A stretch of DNA of 37,224 bases. Origin: a virus (Duplodnaviria; Heunggongvirae; Uroviricota; Caudoviricetes). Under the pieces are notes generated by a model. The model was not told the DNA's origin, searched no databases, and was given only the letters and a program-made list of their open reading frames with translations. The stretch lies in IMG/VR virus record IMGVR_UViG_3300029473_000203. One strand, written 5' to 3'. Made by a program: the position numbers and the translations under genes. Of this stretch, positions 28,405 through 37,224 are shown piece by piece (the first letter of the stretch is position 1; every line of letters starts with the position of its first letter).

Positions 28405-28920
28405 ATGGCTTTACCACGCAAATTAAAACACCTGAACCTGTTTAATGACGGGAACAACTGGCAGGGGATCGTTGAGTCGCTGACGCTGCCGAAATTCACC
28501 CGCAAATATGAGAAGTATCGCGGCGGCGGAATGCCGGGTGCAGTGGATGTGGATCTGGGGCTTGATGACAGTGCGCTGGACACAGAATTTTCCATTGGTG
28601 GTACTGAACTGCTGCTGTTTAAACAGATGGGCAAAGCCACGGTGGATGGCATCCAGTTGCGCTTCACCGGCTCTATCCAGCGTGACGATACCGGAGAAGT
28701 GCAGGCCGTGGAGCTTGTGGTGCGTGGACGTCACAAAGAAGTGGATTCCGGCGAGTGGAAGACGGGCGAAAGCAACACCACCAAAGTGACCAGTACCAAC
28801 AGCTACGCGAAGCTGACTATCAATGGAGAGGTGCTCTATGAAGTGGACCTTATCAACATGGTGGAAATTGTGGACGGTGTGGACCTGATGGAAGCGCACC
28901 GCAACGCCCTCGGCCTCTGA
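28405..28920 (+). CDS. FII: Tail tube protein (P2 gpFII-like)
   Basis: 171 aa immediately after the sheath gene. Confidence 0.9.
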   Translation: MALPRKLKHLNLFNDGNNWQGIVESLTLPKFTRKYEKYRGGGMPGAVDVDLGLDDSALDTEFSIGGTELLLFKQMGKATVDGIQLRFTGSIQRDDTGEVQAVELVVRGRHKEVDSGEWKTGESNTTKVTSTNSYAKLTINGEVLYEVDLINMVEIVDGVDLMEAHRNALGL

Positions 28921-28974
28921 TGTATCTGAACGGCGCGGAATGCCGCGCCAGAACCCAATTTACAGGACAGCAAA

Positions 28975-29277
28975 ATGAGCGATAAGCAGACTGAAAAGAC
29001 TATTAAACTGGATACTCCCATCATGCGCGGTAAAACAGAAATTACCGAAATTGTGCTGCGTAAACCGCAGTCCGGTGCGCTGCGCGGCACACGCCTGCAG
29101 GCCATTATGGATATGGATGTGAACGCGATGATGACCGTGATCCCCCGCATCTCCAGTCCGGCACTGACTGCACAGGAAATCGCAGAGATGGACCCGGCAG
29201 ATCTCACTGCCATGTCGGTTGAGGTTGTCACTTTTTTGTTGAAGAAGTCGGTGCTTGCCGGTTTACCGACAGCCTGA
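28975..29277 (+). CDS. E: Tail assembly chaperone (P2 gpE-like)
   Basis: 100-aa ORF before the tape measure gene; contains slippery TTTTTTG near its 3' end. Confidence 0.8.
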   Translation: MSDKQTEKTIKLDTPIMRGKTEITEIVLRKPQSGALRGTRLQAIMDMDVNAMMTVIPRISSPALTAQEIAEMDPADLTAMSVEVVTFLLKKSVLAGLPTA

Positions 29278-29411
29278 CGGTTGACGATCTGGTGGCAGAT
29301 ATCGCCACCATCTTTCACTGGCCGCCATCCGTTACTGACGTTATGCCGCTGACCGAAGTGCTGGAATGGCGGTATAAAGCGATTCAGAGAAGCGGGGCCA
29401 GTCATGAGTGA
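28975..29411 (+). CDS. gpE+E' extended product via programmed -1 ribosomal frameshift
   Basis: Slippery heptamer TTTTTTG at 29232-29238; the -1 frame stays open to TGA at 29409-29411, encoding ...DLVADIATIFHWPPSVTDVMPLTEVLEWRYKAIQRSGASHE; analogous to P2 E/E+E'. Confidence 0.55.
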
Positions 29412-32400
29412 CAATAACCTGCGTCTGCAGGTGATTCTGAATGCGGTTGACAAGCTCACCCGCCCATTTCGTGCTGCACAGGCCAGTTCGAAAGAGCTGG
29501 CTGGCGCAATCAGAAACTCCCGTGACGCATTAAAGCAACTCAATCAGGCGGGTAACAGCCTGGAAAAATTTCGCAAACTGCAGGCCGATAACAAGAAGTT
29601 AGGCGACAGGCTGAACTATGCCAGACAGAAGGCTAATTTGCTTAGCTCTGAGCTGGAGGCGATGGAACAACCATCACAACGGCACCTTGTGGCTTTAGGT
29701 CGGCAAACGCTGGCAGTCCAACGCCTGGAAGAACAACAAAAATATTTGCAGAAGCAAACGGCGCTTGTGCGTGCAGAACTGTACCGGGCGGGAATTTCTG
29801 CGAAAGATGATGCGGGAGCAACCGCCCGTTTAGCCCGTGAAACATCACGTTATAACCAGGAACTTTCGAAACAGGAGGCGCGGCTGAAGCGACTGGGGGA
29901 AGCTCAGCGCAGGATGAATGCGGCACGTGCCAGTTATGCCCGTTCGCTGGAGGTGCGCGATCGTATTGCAGGTGCCGGAGCCACCACCACGGCTGCAGGG
30001 CTGGCAATGGGCGCACCAGTGATGGCGGCAGTAAAAAGCTATACCAGCATGGAAGATGCCATGAAAGGTGTGGCAAAGCAGGTCAATGGTCTGCGTGACG
30101 ATAATGGCAACCGCACTGCACGTTTTTATGAAATGCAGGATGCCATCAAGGCTGCCAGCGAACAGTTGCCGATGGAAAACGGTGCGGTGGATTTCGCTGC
30201 ACTGGTTGAAGGTGGTGCGCGCATGAACGTCGCAAACCCTGACGACAGCTGGGAAGACCAGAAACGTGACCTGCTGGCCTTCGCCAGTACGGCAGCAAAG
30301 GCGGCAACAGCCTTTGAGCTGCCAGCGGATGAACTGTCAGAAAGTCTGGGGAAAATCGCCCAGCTCTACAAAATACCTACCCGCAATATTGAACAGCTCG
30401 GCGATGCGCTGAACTATCTGGATGATAACGCCATGTCGAAAGGGGCGGACATCATTGATGTGATGCAACGTCTGGGCGGTGTGGCTGACCGTCTGGATTA
30501 TCGTAAAGCGGCGGCACTGGGTTCCACCTTTCTGACACTGGGCGCTGCGCCGGAGGTTGCAGCCAGTGCAGCAAACGCGATGGTGCGTGAATTGTCCATT
30601 GCCACCATGCAAAGCAAGAGTTTCTTTGAAGGGATGAATCTGCTGAAACTCAATCCTGAAGTGATTGAAAAGCAGATGACGAAGGATGCGATGGGAACTA
30701 TCCAGCGCGTACTGGAGAAGGTGAACGCACTGCCGCAGGATAAACGTCTGTCTGCCATGACCATGTTGTTTGGTAAAGAGTTTGGCGATGACGCGGCGAA
30801 ACTGGCAAACAACCTGCCGGAACTGCAGCGCCAGCTAAAACTGACAGCGGGCAATGATGCGCTCGGCTCCATGCAGAAAGAATCCGACATTAACAAGGAC
30901 TCACTTTCTGCGCAGTGGTTGCTGGTCAAAACCGGAGCGCAGAACACCTTCAGCAGCCTGGGCGAAACGCTGCGCCAGCCGCTGATGGATATTCTGTACA
31001 CGGTGAAAAGCATCACGGGGGCGTTGCGCCGCTGGGTGGAAGCTAACCCGGAACTGACAGGCACACTGATGAAAGTAGCCGCTGTGGTGGCTGCGGTTAC
31101 CGTAGGTCTCGGAACCTTAGCGGTGGCGCTGGCTGCAGTGCTGGGGCCGCTGGCAGTGATTCGTCTGGGATTCTCTGTGCTGGGTATCAAAACGTTACCT
31201 TCCGTTACGGCAGCAGTAACCCGAACCAGCAGCGCGTTGTCCTGGCTGGCTGGCGCACCACTGGCACTGCTGCGACGCGGGCTTGCTTCATCGGGCAACG
31301 CCGCAGGTTTACTTACTGCGCCGTTGTCGTCTTTGCGCCGCACGGCATTACTGACGGGAAATGTCCTGAAAACTGTAGCAGGTGCGCCGGTTGCACTTTT
31401 GCGGTCTGGATTATCCGGTTTACGTGCTGTTGCTGTGATGTTTATGAATCCTCTGGCGGTACTGCGCGGTGGACTGGCCGCCGCAGGCACGGTGCTGCGA
31501 GTACTGGCATCTGGTCCACTGGCGATGCTGCGCGTTGCCCTGTATGCCGTATCTGGTCTGTTAGGTGCTCTGCTCAGTCCGATAGGTCTTGTGGTTACTG
31601 CACTGGCGGGCGTGGCGCTGGTTGTCTGGAAATACTGGCAACCCATCACCGCATTTCTTGGTGGCGTGGTGGAGGGATTCAAAGCGGCGGCAGGTCCCGT
31701 CAGTGAAGCATTCGAACCGCTTAAGCCCGTGTTCCAGTGGATTGGCGACAAAGTACAGGCGCTGTGGGGCTGGTTTACTGATCTGCTGACGCCCGTTAAG
31801 TCGACCTCTGCCGAACTGCAGAGTGCAGCGGCAATGGGGCGACGATTCGGGGAGGCACTGGCGGAAGGGCTAAATATGGTCATGCATCCGCTGGACTCCC
31901 TGAAATCCGGCGTTTCCTGGTTGCTGGAGAAGCTCGGCATTGTCAGTAAAGAGGCCGCAAAGGCAAAACTGCCGGAAAGCGTGACGCGTCAGCAACCTGC
32001 GACGGTGAATGCAGACGGTAAAGTGATGATGCCATCGGGTGGTTTTCCATCATGGGGATATGGCTTTGCGGGGATGTATGACAGCGGCGGGTATATCCCG
32101 CGCGGGCAGTTTGGCATCGTCGGTGAAAACGGGCCGGAAATTGTTAACGGCCCGGCAAATGTGACCAGCCGGAGAAATACAGCTGCACTGGCTGCCGTTG
32201 TTACCGGAATGATGGGAGTTGCTGCCGCGCCAGCAGAGCTTCCACCGTTGCACCCTTTGGCACTTCCCGCGAAAGGTGGAGAAGCAATTGTGAGTCGCGC
32301 AGCCACTGTGTCGCCCGTTTACAGGATTGAGGCACCGACGCAGATCATCATCCAGACGCAGCCAGGACAAAGTGCGCAGGATATTGCGCGGGAGGTGGCC

Positions 32401-32481
32401 CGCCAGCTTGATGAACGTGAACGCAGGCTGAAGGCAAAGGCCAGGAGTAACTACAGCGATCAGGGGGGATACGACGCATGA
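29404..32481 (+). CDS. T: Tail tape measure protein (P2 gpT-like), 1025 aa
   Basis: Long helical-looking ORF after E/E' with degenerate periodic PLAxLRxGL repeats. Confidence 0.9.
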   Translation: MSDNNLRLQVILNAVDKLTRPFRAAQASSKELAGAIRNSRDALKQLNQAGNSLEKFRKLQADNKKLGDRLNYARQKANLLSSELEAMEQPSQRHLVALGRQTLAVQRLEEQQKYLQKQTALVRAELYRAGISAKDDAGATARLARETSRYNQELSKQEARLKRLGEAQRRMNAARASYARSLEVRDRIAGAGATTTAAGLAMGAPVMAAVKSYTSMEDAMKGVAKQVNGLRDDNGNRTARFYEMQDAIKAASEQLPMENGAVDFAALVEGGARMNVANPDDSWEDQKRDLLAFASTAAKAATAFELPADELSESLGKIAQLYKIPTRNIEQLGDALNYLDDNAMSKGADIIDVMQRLGGVADRLDYRKAAALGSTFLTLGAAPEVAASAANAMVRELSIATMQSKSFFEGMNLLKLNPEVIEKQMTKDAMGTIQRVLEKVNALPQDKRLSAMTMLFGKEFGDDAAKLANNLPELQRQLKLTAGNDALGSMQKESDINKDSLSAQWLLVKTGAQNTFSSLGETLRQPLMDILYTVKSITGALRRWVEANPELTGTLMKVAAVVAAVTVGLGTLAVALAAVLGPLAVIRLGFSVLGIKTLPSVTAAVTRTSSALSWLAGAPLALLRRGLASSGNAAGLLTAPLSSLRRTALLTGNVLKTVAGAPVALLRSGLSGLRAVAVMFMNPLAVLRGGLAAAGTVLRVLASGPLAMLRVALYAVSGLLGALLSPIGLVVTALAGVALVVWKYWQPITAFLGGVVEGFKAAAGPVSEAFEPLKPVFQWIGDKVQALWGWFTDLLTPVKSTSAELQSAAAMGRRFGEALAEGLNMVMHPLDSLKSGVSWLLEKLGIVSKEAAKAKLPESVTRQQPATVNADGKVMMPSGGFPSWGYGFAGMYDSGGYIPRGQFGIVGENGPEIVNGPANVTSRRNTAALAAVVTGMMGVAAAPAELPPLHPLALPAKGGEAIVSRAATVSPVYRIEAPTQIIIQTQPGQSAQDIAREVARQLDERERRLKAKARSNYSDQGGYDA

Positions 32482-32963
32482 TGATGGTGCTGGGATTGTA
32501 CGTGTTTATGCTGCGCACCGTGCCGTATCAGGAACTGCAGTATCAGCGCAGCTGGCGACATGCGGCTAACAGCCGGGTAAATCGTCGTCCGTCCACGCAG
32601 TTTCTGGGACCGGACAACGACATGCTGACGCTTTCCGGTGTTCTTATGCCGGAGATAACAGGCGGCAGGCTGTCGTTGCTGGCACTGGAGCAGATGGCAG
32701 AACAGGGGAAAGCATGGCCTCTGATTGAAGGCAGCGGCACGATTTACGGCATGTATGTGATTGAGGGACTGAATCAGACTAAAACGGAGTTTTTCCGCGA
32801 CGGTATGCCGCGCCGGATTGAGTTCACCCTGTCGCTCAAACGGGTGGATGAATCCCTGTCCGATATGTTCGGTGATCTCAGTGCGCAGCTGAATAATCTG
32901 CAGGGAACGGCAACATCAGCCTTAAGCGATATCAGTAAAACGGTGGGAGGGCTTCTGTCGTGA
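32478..32963 (+). CDS. U: Tail protein (P2 gpU-like)
   Basis: 161 aa; ATGA overlap with the T stop. Confidence 0.85.
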   Translation: MMMVLGLYVFMLRTVPYQELQYQRSWRHAANSRVNRRPSTQFLGPDNDMLTLSGVLMPEITGGRLSLLALEQMAEQGKAWPLIEGSGTIYGMYVIEGLNQTKTEFFRDGMPRRIEFTLSLKRVDESLSDMFGDLSAQLNNLQGTATSALSDISKTVGGLLS

Positions 32964-34060
32964 ATTTCAGCTCTGAACTGCTTAACAAAGGCAACAAAAC
33001 TCCGGCATTCAGCATCAGTATTGAAGGCAGGGATATCACCACTGTGCTGGACAACCGCCTGATGGGGCTGACGCTGACGGATAACCGGGGATTTGAAGCG
33101 GACCAGCTTGATCTGGAGCTGGACGACGCCGATGGAAAAATCGTGCTGCCGCGCCGTGGTGCGGTCATTACGCTGGCGCTGGGCTGGAAGGGGCAGCCGC
33201 TTTTCCCGAAAGGGGCATTCACGGTGGACGAGATTGAACACACTGGCGCACCGGACCGCCTGACTATCCGGGCGCGAAGTGCTGATTTTCGGGAAACCCT
33301 GAATACCCGCCGTGAAAAATCTTGGCACAAGACCACCGTCGGGGAAGTGGTAAAGGAAATAGCCGCGCGTCACAAGCTGAAGATGGCGCTGGGTAAAGAC
33401 CTGTCGGATAAGCCCGTGGAACATATAGACCAGACTAATGAGAGTGACGGCAGTTTTCTGATGCGGCTGGCGCGACAGTACGGTGCCATCGCGTCGGTGA
33501 AAAATGGCAATCTGCTATTCATCCGGAAGGGGCAGGGCAAAAGCGCCACTGGTAAACCACTGCCAGTGATCACTATCACACGCAAGGACGGCGACAGTCA
33601 CCGCTTTACCCTGGCAGATCGCGGAGCCTACACGGGCGTAATTGCCAGCTGGTTGCATACCCGCGAACCTGCGAAGAAAGAAAGCACCACGGTGAAGCGT
33701 AAGCGCAGAACTAAGAAGCAGAAGAAAGAGCCAGAAGCGAAGCAGGGCGATTACCTGGTGGGTACGGATGAAAACGTGCTGGTACTTAATCGCACTTATG
33801 CCAACCGGAGCAACGCCGAACGAGCGGCGAAAATGCAGTGGGAACGCCTGCAACGCGGCGTTGCGTCATTCTCGCTACAACTGGCAGAAGGGCGGGCAGA
33901 TCTCTACACGGAAATGCCAGTGAAAGTCAGTGGCTTTAAACAGCCGATAGATGATGCGGAATGGACCATTACGACTCTGACGCATACCGTCAGCCCGGAT
34001 AACGGTTTTACGACCAGTCTGGAGCTTGAAGTGAGGATTGATGATTTCGAAATGGAATGA
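32960..34060 (+). CDS. D: Tail protein / late control protein D (P2 gpD-like)
   Basis: 366 aa; GTG start overlapping the U stop; last structural gene before ogr. Confidence 0.85.
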   Translation: MNFSSELLNKGNKTPAFSISIEGRDITTVLDNRLMGLTLTDNRGFEADQLDLELDDADGKIVLPRRGAVITLALGWKGQPLFPKGAFTVDEIEHTGAPDRLTIRARSADFRETLNTRREKSWHKTTVGEVVKEIAARHKLKMALGKDLSDKPVEHIDQTNESDGSFLMRLARQYGAIASVKNGNLLFIRKGQGKSATGKPLPVITITRKDGDSHRFTLADRGAYTGVIASWLHTREPAKKESTTVKRKRRTKKQKKEPEAKQGDYLVGTDENVLVLNRTYANRSNAERAAKMQWERLQRGVASFSLQLAEGRADLYTEMPVKVSGFKQPIDDAEWTITTLTHTVSPDNGFTTSLELEVRIDDFEME

Positions 34061-34150
34061 TTCTTCGCAATGGAGAACTTTTAAGTTTGCAAAATGGAAT
34101 AATGCGGTATCATTATTGTGAATTTAGCAAAAATGGGGAGAACTCGAAAA

Positions 34151-34369
34151 ATGATGATTTGCCCACTGTGTGGAAGTGCCGCCCATACTCGCAGCAGTTT
34201 TCAGGTATCTTCATTGACCAAAGAGCGTTACAACCAGTGCCAGAACATTAACTGCAGCCATACTTTTGTTACCCATGAAACTTTTGTTCGTTCGATTGCA
34301 ACGCCAAAAGAGTCAAATCCGGTTCAGCCGCATCCAATGAAATCAGGACAGGTGGCGCTCTCTCTTTGA
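34151..34369 (+). CDS. ogr: Late gene transcriptional activator Ogr (zinc-finger)
   Basis: MMICPLCGSAAHTRSS...KERYNQCQNINCSHTF has the C-x2-C-x22-C-x4-C pattern and resembles P2 Ogr as I recall it; start at 34151 within ORF track 34118..34369. Confidence 0.8.
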   Translation: MMICPLCGSAAHTRSSFQVSSLTKERYNQCQNINCSHTFVTHETFVRSIATPKESNPVQPHPMKSGQVALSL

Positions 34370-34455
34370 CGCTGCCGCCATTTTGTCGCCATCGTTAAAA
34401 AACAGTGTTTCTAACATCATGATTTTAAACAGCTTAAATTTCAGGCAACAAAAAA

Positions 34456-34492
34456 CCCATCAACCTTGAACCGAAATGGCGGGGTTGATGGG
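34456..34492 (-). terminator. Hairpin plus T-tract on the minus strand (candidate ybjL terminator / prophage-host junction region)
   Basis: CCCATCAACC ... GGTTGATGGG inverted repeat, followed on the minus strand by TTTTTTG; the loop is long (about 17 nt), so the structure is uncertain. Confidence 0.35.
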
Positions 34493-34604
34493 CTCCACAA
34501 AATGGGGACATCAAAGAAAAGCAGTGGCACTAATTAAGACTGATGCCCTGCGGAAAAGTTCTGCGGTTGTGCAAAAAAATTTCATTTTCAGGGCAACTTC
34601 AGTT

Positions 34605-36290
34605 TTATCCTAATCCTGGCCATACCATGACGATGATTGTCCCTGCCAGCGTCAGCAGGACGTTGGCGATTGCATAGGTGCCCGCATAGCCCAGCGCCGG
34701 GATGTTACTGCGAGCTGTATCACTGATGATCTCCATTGCCGGCGCGCAGGTACGTGCGCCCATCATTGCGCCGAACAACAGCGCGCGGTTCATTCGCAAT
34801 ACATAAGCACCGAACAAGAAACAGATAACCACGGGCACCAGACTGACAATCAATCCGGCAATCAACATCTGACCGCCAATCGCGCCCAAGCCGTTATTAA
34901 TACCGCTACCGGCGCTCAGACCAACGCCTGCCATAAACACCATCAAGCCGAACTCTTTCACCATGCTTAATGCACCCTGCGGAATGTAACCGAAGGTCGG
35001 GTGGTTAGCACGCATAAAGCCCAGCATAATTCCGGCGAATAACAACCCGGCAGCGTTCCCCATGCCGAAACTGAATGTGCTGAACTGGAAGGTGATCATC
35101 CCGATCATCAGCCCAATAACAAAGAAGGCGCAAAATGCCAGCAGGTCAGTGACCTGGCTGTGAATCGAGATAAAGCCGATGCGATCGGCGATGGTTTTTA
35201 CGCGACGGGCATCACCGCTGACTTGTAAAACGTCACCTTTGTTAAGCACGACGTTGTCATCTATCGGCATCTCAATCTGGCTACGAATGACGCGGTTAAG
35301 GAAGCAACCGTGATCGGTCAACTTCAGTTGTGCGAGACGTTTACCTACAGCGTTATGGTTTTTAACGACCACTTCTTCAGTGACGATACGCATGTCGAGA
35401 AGGTCACGATCGAAAACTTCTTTACCGTTACGGAAGCTGGGATCGAGTCGGGCATGGGCGTCGGGATAGCCTACCAACGCTATTTCATCGCCCATTTGTA
35501 GCACGGCATCACCGTCTGGATTTGCCAGAATCCCGTTACGTCGAATACGTTCAATGTAGCAGCCGGTTTGTCGATAAATACCCAGTTCACGCAGATTTTT
35601 GCCGTCGGTCCAGGCCACCAGCTCCGGGCCGACGCGATAGGCGCGGATCACCGGTAAATAAACCTTACGGTTGGCATCAGTGTCCAGGCCACGTTCGCGG
35701 GCGATTTGCTGGGCGCTGGTCTGTAAGTCCTGATGCTGCAATTTCGGCAAGTAACGCGCACCAACAATCAAACTCACCAGACCGATTAAATAGGTTAAGG
35801 CATACCCGAGGCTCAGATTATCCAGTGCCAGTGAGAGCTGCCTGCTTTCCATGCCGGAATGACGCAGTGTATCGCCAGCACCGACCAGAACCGGTGTCGA
35901 CGTCATAGAGCCTGCTAACATACCGGCCGTCAGGCCAATATCCCAGCCAAACAGCTTACCTAACCCTAAGGCGATCACCAGCGCACTGCCAACCATCACC
36001 AGTGCTAACATTAGGTAATTTTTCCCATCGCGAAAAAAAATGGAAAAAAAGTTCGGTCCGGCTTCAACCCCAACACAGAAAATAAACAGCATAAAGCCAA
36101 GATTAAGCGCATCGGTGTTAATGCTGAAATGTTGTTGGCCTAATAACAGCGATACGACTAAAACGCCAATGGAATTACCCAGTTGGATCGAACCAAGTCG
36201 TAACTTTCCGAGACATAGCCCAAGCGCGAGGACCACAAATAATAACAGAATGTAATTCCCATTTAACAATTCGGCGACGTTTATATTCAC
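34605..36290 (-). CDS. ybjL: Putative transporter YbjL (host gene)
   Basis: 561-aa polytopic membrane protein with a central soluble region; matches E. coli YbjL by size and remembered sequence. Confidence 0.85.
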
Positions 36291-36559
36291 GGAGGCTAAC
36301 TTCTTGTTTACTAGTAAGCTGTTGAAAGAAATGGTAATTTACGATAATGTTTTTTACCAGAATTCAGGGCGCAGATTCATTCAGCGCACCTAAACGATAG
36401 TAAAGTAACAATATATTTTACTAGTGTAATCACATTAGGTATCAACGGCTATATGAATTGCGTTGGCCTATATTAGCATGGAATGCGAAGCGGCTTTATC
36501 TTACTGAACGCCACACTGGCGAAAAATGTGTTCGATAGACGCAGTGTCAGGAGGAACGA

Positions 36560-36937
36560 GTGAAACATAAACAACGTTGGGCGGGGGCAATCTGCTGTTT
36601 TGTCCTCTTCATTGTGGTGTGCCTTTTTCTGGCGACGCACATGAAAGGCGCTTTTCGGGCTGCCGGGCATCCTGAAATCGGCTTGCTATTTTTCATTCTT
36701 CCTGGAGCAGTCGCCAGCTTCTTTTCACAGCGTAGAGAAGTCCTGAAACCTCTGTTTGGCGCAATGCTGGCGGCACCCTGTTCGATGCTCATTATGCGGC
36801 TGTTTTTTTCACCGACGCGCTCATTCTGGCAAGAGCTGGCATGGTTATTAAGTGCGGTGTTCTGGTGTGCGCTGGGGGCACTGTGTTTCTTATTTATCAG
36901 TAGTTTGTTTAAACCACAGCACAGAAAAAATCAGTAA
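36560..36937 (+). CDS. ybjM: Inner membrane protein YbjM (host gene)
   Basis: 125-aa hydrophobic protein; GTG start; located between ybjL and grxA as in E. coli K-12. Confidence 0.8.
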   Translation: MKHKQRWAGAICCFVLFIVVCLFLATHMKGAFRAAGHPEIGLLFFILPGAVASFFSQRREVLKPLFGAMLAAPCSMLIMRLFFSPTRSFWQELAWLLSAVFWCALGALCFLFISSLFKPQHRKNQ

Positions 36938-36957
36938 AGCCCTCAACGCGAGGGCTT
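36937..36957. terminator. Hairpin between convergent ybjM and grxA (candidate bidirectional terminator)
   Basis: AAGCCCTC / loop AACGC / GAGGGCTT. Confidence 0.5.
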
Positions 36958-36966
36958 GTCAGACGA

Positions 36967-37224
36967 TCAGGCGTCCAGATTTTCTTTCACCCATGCAGCA
37001 AAATCGGTATAGCCGCCGATATGTTGCTGATCGACAAAAATCTGCGGCACGGTTTCTACGGGTTTACCTGCCTTTTGTTGTAGATCTTCTTTAGTGATCC
37101 CTTCCGCACGAATATCTACATAGTGATACTGAAAATCATCGTGTTCATTGCTCAATTTCTCAGCCAGATCTTTTGCACGCACACAGTAAGGGCAACCCGG
37201 ACGACCAAAAATAACGGTTTGCAT
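36967..37224 (-). CDS. grxA: Glutaredoxin 1 (host gene)
   Basis: 85 aa with CPYC active site (MQTVIFGRPGCPYCVRAKDL...); matches E. coli GrxA almost exactly as I recall it. Confidence 0.9.
   Translation of the reverse strand: MQTVIFGRPGCPYCVRAKDLAEKLSNEHDDFQYHYVDIRAEGITKEDLQQKAGKPVETVPQIFVDQQHIGGYTDFAAWVKENLDA

Larger units (their letters stand above)
1..34500. mobile_element. P2/186-family temperate myovirus prophage (int through ogr); left attachment site lies outside the window, right boundary approximate
   Basis: Gene order int-cI-apl-cII-dam-repA-tum/dinI-[cargo]-cos-[cargo]-Q-P-O-N-M-L-X-lysis-R-S-V-W-J-I-H-tfa-invertase-FI-FII-E-T-U-D-ogr is syntenic with P2/186; host genes begin at 34605. 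Confidence 0.85.

Noticed and set aside
30498-31940. 480-aa ORF on the minus strand
   Set aside because: Antisense to the tape measure gene; Ser/Ala/Pro-rich low-complexity translation produced by the repetitive GC-rich sense strand.
34370-34604. Possible tRNA at the prophage junction
   Set aside because: No cloverleaf-compatible sequence or conserved T-loop motif (GTTCxAxTC) seen by eye; only an inverted repeat with a long loop.
1-37224. CRISPR arrays, IS elements or rRNA genes
   Set aside because: No regularly spaced direct repeats, no transposase-like ORFs with terminal inverted repeats and no rRNA-like sequence were seen; the only recombinases are the phage integrase and the tail-fibre invertase.

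Overview
Almost the whole window (1 to about 34.5 kb) is a P2/186-family temperate myovirus prophage, followed by host genes that read as E. coli ybjL, ybjM and grxA. All calls are from reading the ORF translations and the DNA by eye; no searches or computations were run. The prophage backbone is syntenic with phage 186/P2: integrase, a 186-type CI/Apl/CII immunity region, Dam methylase, gpA-like rolling-circle replication protein, a LexA-box-controlled tum/DinI-like module, then portal, terminase, capsid, lysis, baseplate, tail and Ogr genes. The most interesting part is accessory cargo flanking a cos-like site (about 11146-11164). On one side is an AT-rich, translationally coupled three-gene operon (8177-10927, minus strand) with no domains I can recognise, which I flag as a candidate uncharacterised anti-phage system. 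On the other side is a ParA/MinD-type ATPase with a 131-aa partner (11262-12586). Other notable features are a Gin/Cin/Hin-type invertase with an invertible tail-fibre segment (crossover sites at 24886-24911 and 26433-26458), a SAR-type endolysin, a -1 frameshift site for the tail chaperone E/E+E', and a small secreted Cys-containing ORF between cI and int. No CRISPR array, rRNA or tRNA was seen.
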